From contig OX638149.1 in assembly GCA_951804945.1 (NCBI GenBank), positions 108,438,001-108,502,000 on the forward strand: DNA of 64,000 nt, written 5' to 3'. Positions 53,788 to 64,000 of the stretch are shown here, one piece after another (position 1 is the first letter of the stretch; each line of letters opens with the position of its first letter). The stretch is from Podarcis cretensis (lineage: Eukaryota). The notes beneath the pieces are model-generated. The model searched no databases. It was not told the DNA's origin and saw nothing but the letters and a program-made list of their open reading frames with translations. Made by a program: the position numbers and the translations under genes.

Positions 53788-54278
53788 TATTTGCCCTTTT
53801 ACCACTCTAGCAGAGTTACAACTAGAGAGCAGGCCGCTGTGGTGCCAATTCTAATACATTAGAGCCAACCTCAGAGTTTGTAAATAGACAGGAAAGGGGT
53901 ACAACATGGAATACAAATATATAATTTTGCAACCATGAGGTATTTTCATCTCGTGTATTTGTATCTACAAGCCCAGGTTCAAGCCAGCCAGATGGGCAGG
54001 GTATAAATAATAAATTATTATTATTATAAGGCTCTTGTGCTGATATACAAAGCCCTGAACATCTTGGGTCCAAGGGCACCTTAAAAACTGTCTCACTTTT
54101 GCATTTTGGGCATCTCTTGATGCTTTATTGCTGACAGGCTTTTGCAGTTGTTTAAAATTTTAATTGAATAAGCTGTCATTTTAGCAATGATCTTGTATTA
54201 CTTCTAAAGTTTTTTTCATGTTTTTATAATTGCTGCACACTACGGATATATTTTCTGAGAGGGGAGTATATGAGTATT

Positions 54279-54280
<2 letters not shown>

Positions 54281-54323
<43 letters not shown>
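54281..54323. repeat. (AAT)n microsatellite
   Basis: Direct reading. Confidence 0.95.
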
Positions 54324-54325
<2 letters not shown>

Positions 54326-54479
54326 CAACCCAGTGGTTACTGGCTATTCAGAACCATCAATATATCAACTCAGTGCTGCTCATCCAGTTCTTAGAGTAAA
54401 ATTGTGTTGGGAAAAAGTGCTTTGAGCACAATGGCGATTTTATGTCAAGGTGAAGAGGCTGGGGAGGGGGAGGGGGAGG

Positions 54480-54481
<2 letters not shown>

Positions 54482-54529
<48 letters not shown>
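54482..54529. repeat. (GA)n microsatellite preceded by a G-rich run
   Basis: Direct reading. Confidence 0.95.
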
Positions 54530-54532
<3 letters not shown>

Positions 54533-56052
54533 AAGATCAAAGGTCATCAGACATGGAGCCCTTGAATAAAAGATCCTATGCATTCCACATTCTTCAACTT
54601 ATCCTTAAACTTAAAATCCTTAAATTTTCACTTATGCATGACTGTTAACCCTATTTCAGCATCCCACATTCACAGATTTTCCCCAAAGGAGACATGTCTC
54701 AAGTTCACACCTTGATGTCCTCCAGGTGGCCAAGCAAGATCCACCAATGCAATGAGACTGCGGAAAATTGAAACGCACCACGCACCCAAATGTCTAAGCA
54801 ACTTGTAACAACCTTACCCAACTCATATCACCTTCGTAATTCTCACAGGAAGCATGAACAACTAAGGTAAAGTACCTATTAAGAAACACGGTGAATAGAT
54901 TCATATTTTAAAACTGGAGCTAATTTATGCCTCTCAAGTTCGATTTTCAAATGAATTCTTGGGCATTGTCTGTTTAGAAACTTTGTCCCCCATCCTTCCT
55001 GACAAAAATGGGTTCAGCGTTAGTAAAAGATCACTTCTTCACAATAATAATATTGTTCTTATTTCAGAGGAGGAGCTTAGATGACAAGAGTTGAAAAACA
55101 AAACTCCCCTCCTCTGTTCCAGACCTTTTAAGCAACTCTTATAGAACTTTCCATTAACTTTAACAGTGAAAGTTCGAAATCTAAACCTACGTAGTTGAAT
55201 TAAAAGCATACTGTAAAGAGACTCTGTTGTTCCAGACATAATTGTCTCCTGCAGCCAGACTGAAGCAGGAAGAAAATGCATGCACAGCAAAAAAAATAGA
55301 AAGGGAAGAGAAGAGGGGAAAGTTTTGCATACCTCTTTAGAGGCTCCCTTGCACTACACATTTTAACAGGGCAGCAGCCTGGTCAGAGGGACAGACAGCT
55401 GTGATGAAACTTGATCTCATGACTCAGTTATAGCTGTAACTCAGACAAGGCCTAAGGGCCTGTTCTCACCACCGAGCTCAGCTATATGCAAGCACAATTA
55501 GAGAGCACCAGTGTTACAACATGTTTTGGTTTCTAACAAGGATGCCCCAGCATGCCCCGTGTGTCTGGATTATGGTTTTCAAGCTGCTTTGTACAGTGTG
55601 GCTGCAGAGCCCTTATCCCACCCAAAACACAAAGCTGTGATTAAGACAAGCACCTCATCCGTGCCAGGGCGTGATCACATTTCTAGTGTGGGTTCAAAAC
55701 AATCAAATTTCCTGCTGCCACACTCTTTGTTTACCGCATTCTTTGATGTGCTCCTGGTGCTGCTAAAAAAGCCATCTTTGCAAAGCCAACACTGGCATTT
55801 GCAAATGTGTGAAGATTAACCTTACCATTTTCTGCCTTTTAGGAGTTGTCACATCCAACTCCAGAAAACCGAAATACTAAAATCCTTTCGAATATGCATA
55901 CAGGCAAATTCAACTGTTAAACCCCTTGGCTCCCCACCTTCACTACATACAGTTCGCAATTCCTAAAACAGTGCCGCATCAGCAACAATTCAGAGGGTCT
56001 GTGTGAACGACCAAGTCTACAAGCCTCATATCAAATGCCATTTTTCATAGTA

Positions 56053-56294
56053 CAGTGGTACCTCGGGTTAAGTACTTAATTCGTTCCGGAGGTCCATTCT
56101 TAACCTGAAACTGTTCTTAACCTGAAGCACCACTTTAGCTAATGGGGCCTCCTGCTCCCGCTGTGCCGCCAGAGCAGAATTTCTGTTCTCATCCTGAAGC
56201 AAAGTTCTTAACCCGAGGTAATATTTCTGGGTTAGCGGAGTCTGTAACCTGAAGCATATGTAACCTGAAACGTATGTAACCCGAGGTACCACTG
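56053..56294. mobile_element. Tc1/mariner MITE, subfamily A
   Basis: Perfect TIR CAGTGGTACCTCGGGTTA with TA TSD. Confidence 0.92.
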
Positions 56295-57810
56295 TATACC
56301 ATAATTTGGTGCGTTATTACGACAGTTCTTGCCTACTTTGCTACATTATAAATCATTGCTCTTGTGTTTAAAACAGGGCAGTATGGCATTGCTGGCAGCC
56401 CCAGAGTTCAAGAATGCTAGTGCTATTACCTTAACAGTTGTGGCTTGTGCCATCAGATGCCAAGCACCACAACAGGCCTCTCTACAAGCATTCACAAGAA
56501 TACTAGAGCGCTCAAACTGTGTGGGGTGCAGAGCTGTGCACACTGGCACAACCACCTCCATGCCACGCACACCTACCTGCCCCTCTTGAGTTTTTGCTTG
56601 TGAGCGAAACTCAACCTGGGTGCAGGGTTCCTGATCATGGGGAGGATTCTGACATTGCTCAACTCCACACAAATACAGCTTGCACCCATGTGCATTCTCT
56701 TGAATGTCTGAACAGAGGTTTGGCTGCCAGCAATAGCAGTCACAAACGTTGACTGATAAATCAACTCAGAAGGCAGAACAATCGGTATAGTAACCACCAT
56801 TCAAGAATAGTTTTGTACGTGCAGAACCACCAACCCATTTCCATAAGAAGAGAATCTGTTTCAGTAGGGCTAATTTCAGTGATATGAAAAGTTGTACCAG
56901 AGCAAAATATTTGGAAGAGGAACCATTAAAAAAAAAATCTGTTCACTGGTTGGATGGACATCTTTATCCCATAATAAAATGCTGGCAGCCTGGAAAAAAT
57001 GGTTGGTGGGCTCATGTCTACTTATTGCTCTTTTTTTACTATTAACGTTTGTTTGTGGCAGGACATTAAACATTGTTTTTGTTTCATTAAGTACCTAGTG
57101 TTCCAATGGACCCAAGACAGAATTTGCCCCATCTTCGCTAATCCTTATTTTCAACCTGCTATGGAAATACAGTATGGCAAAATTCACTTCAACACATGGC
57201 CGGAGGCTACAGATGACCAGTTGCCAGATGACAAGGCGGCCAGTGACCCAGAGTGACTTTTCAATCAGCTGTCAAGTGATAAATGGCAACCTGCATCCAC
57301 CAAAAGTCCATATGACACATCGTTGAATTATTCTCATCATGAACCTTTCTTGTAATAGAAGCTGTCCATCTAGCCATCGATTCCTATAACTGCTGATTAT
57401 AAGGGCATTACCCTGTTACCATTTTCTATATGTAAAGTTTTCCACTTCTAAAAACTGCAGTTTCCTAATGTTAAAATAAGTAACAAAGGTTTAGGGCTGT
57501 AAGCTCCTGTGAGCAGCTCTCTCCTAGTGGGATGCTCCAGCTGGCTGAAAAGATCGAGAGTCTTCTCCTGTCCCCCTACACCACACACTGCAAGTTTGCT
57601 CCAGATGGTTGGAGGAACCCTCTGAAATAGCATGGAAGGTGATGCTGGGGGCTACGGGTGGAATAGGCAAAGAAATAAATAAAAGTTATCTCCTCCCTCC
57701 AGTATAAGCCTCCACTAGAAAAGAGTCTATAAATGTGAGGAGTGTTTCCAGTGATGGAAAGGCAACCCAGGATTCAAGGTCAATGAAAGAATATAAAAAT
57801 CAGTCTAACC

Positions 57811-57946
57811 CAGGGTTTCCCATACTTGGGTCTCCAGCTGTCTTTGGCCTTCAGTTCCTATCATCCCTGACCACTAGTCCTGCTAGCTAGGGATGATGGA
57901 AGTTGTAGTCCAAAATCAGCGGGAGAGCCAAGTTTGGGAAACCCTG
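57811..57946. mobile_element. Palindromic hAT MITE
   Basis: TIR cagggtttccca / tgggaaaccctg. TSD gtctaacc / gtctaact. Core shared with 3310 and 10047. Confidence 0.85.
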
Positions 57947-58039
57947 GTCTAACTAAACACTTTCAAAATTGTATGTTAAGTTTTTGCAGGCAATTATCCC
58001 TGGGAAGCAAATATCAACTCTTACATACACATTTATATA

Positions 58040-58254
58040 CAGTGGCACCTTGGTTTACAACCATAATCCGTTCCGGAGGTCCGGTTGTGAACCAAAACAG
58101 GTTGTAACCCAAGGCATGCTTTCGCCAATGTGGCCTCCCAAAAAAATGGGTTGTAATCCCCCCCCCCCAAGAGGTTGTAATCCAAAAAAAGGGAACACAC
58201 TTTCGGGTTTGACGTGGTTGTAATCCAAAACGGTTGCAAACCAAGGTACCACTG
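58040..58254. mobile_element. Tc1/mariner MITE, subfamily C
   Basis: cagtggcaccttggttt / aaaccaaggtaccactg with TA TSD and internal GGTTGTAATCC repeats. Confidence 0.85.
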
Positions 58255-58289
58255 TACAGTATGAGTTAGGAGAGCTTTGCTACTATGAC

Positions 58290-58665
58290 TCATACCAGCA
58301 ATCTCAGGATTGGGCTACTGAAGCTCGCTCTGTGTGGGGCTGCCCTTAAGGCTGCTCCAGAAGCTCCAACTCCTGCAAAATGAAGCGGTTCATGCTGCAT
58401 TTTACACAGGGTTCCTGAAGGCATGCTTTCTGCCTTACTGCCCCGTTCAATCACTGCCCCATTCAATTGCTACAATCAGCTGATAAGACCCTCCCGGGAT
58501 GTGCCCAAGCCCAAGCCTATATAAGCGTGGCTGGCAGCAACTGGGGGGGGGCCTTTTTGGAGCGGCACCCTTGCTATGGCATCACCTCTCCTTTGAGCTT
58601 AGGCATGTGCCAAACCTCCTGGTGTTCCAACGCCTTTTAAAAACGCATTTATTTTTTGAGCTTTA
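58290..58665 (+). mobile_element. Old L2-like LINE fragment
   Basis: Decayed ...GLPLRLLQKLQLLQNEA... plus ggcctttttggagcggcacccttgctatgg (AF..APxLW-like). Confidence 0.55.
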
Positions 58666-59277
58666 ACTTTGATAAAGTTGACCTCCAGCTTTAGGAAGAA
58701 AAGGGGAAGGAGTAGCAGCTAACCAATGTGCCCAAGTGTGATGGAAACTTGGGTTTTATATTACACCAGTGTGCTTTTTGCTTGAGGTACTCAAGGGAGA
58801 AAAGCCTTATATTACACACACATACAGAGTGATCAAGGTGAACCATTTCTAAACATACCTAAATCAGGAAGCATGCATTCAAAATGCCACAATTAAAGCA
58901 GAGGATCACATACGTACAGTGCCTCAGAATCAAGGGTGAGTGAGATGTTGCCCATAAATAACGTGCATTAATGTTACAGGAGATTAGCTGGCATGTTACA
59001 ACAAGAGCAAAAACTAGAGCATTTCCCCCAAAAAATAATAAAAAAACTTCACATGAACATGGATCACCAGCTTGCCATGACTTAACACTTATTTCAACTG
59101 TTTAAAAATCACGATGGTGATTTTTTTAAAAAAATCAGATTTATTAGGCTTTCCCTAATCTAACCCCTTCTTACCATGGCTCCACACAGCAAGTCCTCTC
59201 TCTCCCAGCTGCTGAAAAGATGCAAAATCCAGCTTTATTGAGCAGATTCAACTCATCTCAGGAGGAAACCATAAATA

Positions 59278-59517
59278 CAGTGGTACTTCGGTTTATGAAC
59301 TTAATCCGTTCCGAAGTCTGTTCTTAAACCAAAGCTGTTCTTAAACTGAGGCGCACTTTCCCTAATGAGGCCTCCCGCCGCCAGTGCCCCTCCACCATTC
59401 GGCTTCTGTTCGTAGACCGAGGTAAAGTTCTCTAACTGGAACACTGCTTCTGGCTTTGCGGAGTTCATATACCGAATAGTTTGTAAACAGGGTTGTTCTT
59501 AAACCGAGGTACCACTG
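59278..59517. mobile_element. Tc1/mariner MITE, subfamily B
   Basis: TIR and TA TSD. Homologous to 48548-48788. Confidence 0.88.
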
Positions 59518-60375
59518 TACACCGAAAAGCTCCACAAAGCAAGGAGTTTATCAGTTTTAACTGGAAAAGTTAACCCCACCAGGAATGTTGATAGGAGCGG
59601 AGCCTTACCATTTCTGGTATCAAAGCTGCAAATGTGTTAAGCGGGGCAAGAGTGCTTCTGTTTCAATTCAGAATCTTAAAAACACCACCACACAAGTCAA
59701 GAAAGCTTGACCACTGCCGTATCCCCACGACAATTCAATTTTTATTGATTAAGCCAGGACAGATTCCTTGCTCTGCAGCGTGTGAAAATGCCATTCAATG
59801 CCAGATTCCGATTTGCTGCATTCAGACTGACTGGTTTTCAAATCTGGCAGCCTAAAGCCCGAAAAGCAAATAAGACGAGACTGACAGGCTATTTATTAGT
59901 CACCAATTAAGAGGGTGGTAAAAAGAGAGAAAGAATATACTAGTGAGCTGGGGAATAATGGAACAGCACCACCTATGCTCGCCTAGATCAGGTCTCCAAT
60001 TTAAACAGCGCAGGCCGGAAGGACAGATCATTATTGCTCTTTTGTCTCCATACTGCCCACCAACATTTCCAGCTGAAAATCTCTCCCAAAGCCCCGTCTC
60101 AGATTCCTGCTCTGACCATAGATGATAAGTCAACTGCCTGCCTCATTTCTTCCCTTTACAAACAAATGAACACAGCTCTTCCAGTCTCTATTATATGCCC
60201 AGACAACTCAATGGAGGACAGTTGGGATGAACCCAGCTGGACTGCGTGCAAGCTAAAATTCTAGGGAGGAGAGGGGTGTGAACTTACTTCCTTTACACGA
60301 TGGAACTCGTTTCCAAGAGAGCTAGTGATCGCCACCCAGCTTGGGTGGCTTTAAAAAAGAGGATCAGGCAAAGCA

Positions 60376-60511
60376 CATGTGGGGAGAGAGAGGGCTGTTG
60401 TAAGCTTGTCCTGCATGCTGGCTCCCCATAAGTACCTGGTTGACCAGTGGAAGAGCAAGATGCTGACCTAGATGAGTCTTTCACCTGATCCAATAAGGCT
60501 CTTCTGATGTT
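60376..60511 (+). mobile_element. CR1 LINE 3' UTR remnant
   Basis: ctggttgaccagtg...gatgctgacctagatg...ctgatccaataaggctcttctgatgtt. Confidence 0.6.
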
Positions 60512-60750
60512 GGCAGCTACAGCCCCTTTCCAACAGAAAACGACTTGGCCACTGCACTCCATACTCTGGTAAGACTGGATTGTTGCAATGACTCTATGTG
60601 GGGGGGGGGCGGCCTTGAAGATGACTCAGCATTGACCCAAAATGCAGCGGCCAGATTACTGGCTGGGGTTCTATTTTGATCTCGTATAACCCCTGTTTTA
60701 GGACAGTAGTTTGGTCCCGATTCAAATGTGTTCATGTTAAGAGTTTAAAG

Positions 60751-61374
60751 CAGGGTGGATAAAAATAAATGATTTTTTAATTTAAAAATCATCAAAAAAT
60801 CAGATTTTTTAAAATTTAAATTGGATTTTTAAAATAAAATGCTTTTGGAGAAAAAAAAAATCTAAATATACTTTTCTTTTGAAGTTACATTATAGTCCAA
60901 AGGCTATTCATCAGGAAGTAAGAATTTGTTTTAAGTTTCTCATGTGTGCTAAAACTCAGTCTACGTTTTTTTTTTAATATTTAAGCACATCAGCTCACAA
61001 ACATGGATACATATGTTATAATATTATTGTTTTAGTTAACTAGTTTAAATTGTTATTAAGGAAATGATTATTTTTCTCTTTCCAATAAAGTACAGCAGAA
61101 AAGTTGTCCAAATATAAACAGTTAACTTATTAAACCTCACAATAATTTCATAATTATGCATTTGTAATAGTATAACCAAATCAGTAATTTTTGATACAAC
61201 TGTAAAAACTACTCTGAAAAATTATTATTACAACAATGAAACCTTCACCTGGTTGTAAATATTAAGATTATACCAGCAAGGATGAGTCTTTCTGTAAAAA
61301 AAATAAATAAAAAATAAATCAGGTCTTACTGACTAGTGATTTAAATTGATTTGATTTAAATCAAATCCATCCTG
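60751..61374. mobile_element. AT-rich hAT non-autonomous element
   Basis: TIR cagggtggat / atccatcctg with subterminal GATTT/AAATC repeats. Perfect 8-bp TSD gtttaaag (60743-60750, 61375-61382). Confidence 0.88.
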
Positions 61375-61384
61375 GTTTAAAGCC

Positions 61385-61765
61385 GTAAATGACTTAGGCC
61401 TCAAGTATCTAAAAGATGGCTTTGTTCCCTCTCAAGTATGATGATCAGCACAGGAGACCATCTTGATAGACAGCAGTGTCCTAAGAAGCTAGGGGTGGTG
61501 GGCCAAGAGGAAGCATTTTCCACAGCAGCTCCCAAGCTTTGGGGCTCCCTCCCCACAGAAGTGTGCCTGTCATCTTCACTATACAGTACTCTGCAAATGC
61601 TGAAGACAAAACTCGTTATCCTGGCTGTTGAAACCCAAGATTTTTAGGACGAACCCTATTCTTGAAATTTTTATTTGTTTTAAACTGTTGTTTTTTTTAA
61701 TGTTGTGATTTAAATTGTTCTAACCCACCCAGGGACCTCAGGGTGAAGTGTGGGCACTAAAATAA
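61385..61765 (+). mobile_element. Old L2-like LINE 3' fragment
   Basis: EAFSTAAPKLWGSLPTEV...LKTKL motif. Confidence 0.65.
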
Positions 61766-62838
61766 AACTGGGGATGGTGATCTTATGGGAGCACAGAAAA
61801 CCCACAAAACAGAACTCTGGTTTTTAAGAGAGCGTCCACTGTAAACTCAGGAGTCAGAGGGATTTGGGGGAGGGATTCAACACCATACATATAACTAACA
61901 AGGGCGAACAAAATAATGTGAAGTTGGAATTAAGAGAAATATTAGGAGAGAAAGAAGCCATTTAGGCATGCAAATGGTATATATATTAATAATTATAATG
62001 GTAATAATAATGTAAATTGACTTCAGTTGAATAATTCATACAGACCACAGAAGTGAACTCTTCTTGGTGCAGAATTTCACACTTATTTTGGTTTACTTTT
62101 AAGATACACAAAGCCCCAGTAAAGGGTTGAGAAGTCATAGTGGCACCCTAAAATTCCCACCGCCCCCAACTACTGGACATGTTAGCAAGAGTCCAACAAC
62201 AACGGGGGGGGGGGTAGCAAACTCGCAATCCCTAGTATGAGTTAATTTGTACAATGTCAACTGTGATAACCTGGTAACCGAAGAGCTAATTATAACCATA
62301 GCAGGTCTGTTAAGACTTTAAGTTACGGAAAAGTAAACCTTGGTTTGTTGTTAGCTTCTGAACCATGGCTTCTTAGGGGTTAACAAACCACCATTCAGAT
62401 GTCCTGTTTGTGCCAGGGGAGGAGTGAACCAGGAGCAATCGAGCCATGTGAACAGGCACACTACTCATTCATGGTCAACCATTGTTAAGCCACAACCCCT
62501 GGCTTATCGTTATGTGCAAACATGGCCACTGAAACTCCCATTTAAGTTTGGGGCTCACATTTAGGTTCTGTAACTTGGTTGCTCTCTGCCAGACAAGACA
62601 CGCGTTAAAGACTCTGGAGAAAACCAGCCCTTCCACAAATGGAAGTCGATTCTCATGGTCTGATGAAGCCTGTTTAACACTTAACCAGCCAAGATAGCGT
62701 AGTCCCACCCAAATCACTCAACACAGAGAGAAGCAGCACAGACAAAAATGATAGTCTTGTGCTAATTCAGGGGCTGATTCAGCCATTTCTAACCTGAAGC
62801 TGCCTGGGGGGCAGTGGTTGGAGGGAGAGAAAGCAATA

Positions 62839-63073
62839 GAGTGGTACCTCAGGTTAAGTACTTAATTCGTCCCGGAGGTCCGTTCTTAACCTGAAACTGT
62901 TCTTAACCTGAAGCACCACTTTAGCTAATGGGGGCCTCCTGCTGCTGCCGGAGCACAATTTCTGTTCTCATCCTGAAGCAAAGTTCTTAACGTGATGCAC
63001 TATTTCTGGGTTAGCAGAGTCTGTAACCTGAAGCGCATGTAACCTGAAGTGTACGTAACCCGAGGTACCACTG
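62839..63073. mobile_element. Tc1/mariner MITE, subfamily A
   Basis: TIR (first base C>G) and TA TSD. Confidence 0.9.
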
Positions 63074-64000
63074 TACTCAACTTGGCACATTCAAGGGATA
63101 CAGAGCCACTGCTTCCCAAGGGGGATCTACACAAACACAGCAGCTACAGCAGGCACTTAAATTGCTGCCAGGGAGAAGTAGCTGTATTCATGGAGACATC
63201 AGGCCAGACATTGCTTCCTTCATGCATCTTTGTCCCCTGGGCAACTCTGGGCAAGGCAGGTTACAAACTCCCCTGCCTAGAGGGAAACAAACAAACAAAC
63301 AACAAGCAAAACCACCCTGGTCCAAGGCACAAGTCACAGATACCACCCCTTTGTGATGAAGGCAGGAGTACAAATGGATTCAGAAAGGCTTTGCCATCTC
63401 TCCCCCAAAAAATCATTTAGATAGCGACTTATAAGAAGCCATCCTTCAAAACACTTCCCATAAGCTTTGCAACAAGGACTGAGTCTGCAAGCGATCTGTC
63501 TGACATCACCTTCTCTAAGCGCCTGGGACCTCAAAAGCCACCAGCCATCAGTTTGACAGGGGGACTACGAAGCTGTTAAATACATTTCTGCAAAAGTTCA
63601 CACCGAAGAAAACACATGCAGAACTAGGGAGACACATGCAAACTGACAAAAAAGCGGCTTTTTTTGAATATCACAGTTTCCATGAGACAGCAGATAAGCA
63701 ATCAAAAAGCAATCTCGCAAACCGATGGTTCACGGGAAATAAGCCTTGATTTGTATTTTAGCCTCATCTATAAGCTACTTGTCCTGGTTTCAGTCTCTCT
63801 CTGTCAAATAAACACCAATGACTACCAAGAAGAAGCGTGTATCCCTTGTGTTTAACTTCGCTGCAGTTTTATATAATTTAATCAAAGTAGTAGGCCTTGA
63901 AAGGATCAATTTCCAAACAGGCGGTTGGAGGATGGATGGCGGCTAACAGATTGAGGTTGAATCCTGACAAGACAGAAGTACTGTTTTGGGGGGACAGGAG

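Overview
Vertebrate genomic DNA, almost certainly from a squamate and probably a lacertid lizard (Sauria SINEs, BovB and lizard-type MITEs). The window holds the complete coding region of ACVR1 (ALK2, BMP/activin type I receptor Ser/Thr kinase) on the minus strand. There are nine coding exons between 31633 and 2826, totalling 1536 nt (511 aa plus stop), with GT-AG junctions and consistent phases. The 3' UTR runs towards the window start. Positions ~31.6-64 kb are most likely 5'-UTR intron sequence; I see no promoter or CpG island, so the first exon probably lies beyond the window. The rest is transposable-element debris: RTE, BovB, L1, L2 and CR1 LINE pieces, Sauria, tRNA-Lys and 5S-like SINEs, Tc1/mariner and hAT MITEs, a solo LTR and Penelope remnants, plus microsatellites and two N gaps. 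I find no evidence of a new multi-gene system. The best leads are small: (1) 5S-rRNA-headed and tRNA-headed SINEs sharing one CR1-type tail; (2) a hAT MITE carrying TTAGGG repeats; (3) hammerhead-ribozyme-like remnants; (4) a young sense-oriented L1 with a poly(A) signal; (5) apparent loss of the canonical ACVR1 poly(A) signal. All comparisons with known sequences are from memory and need database confirmation.
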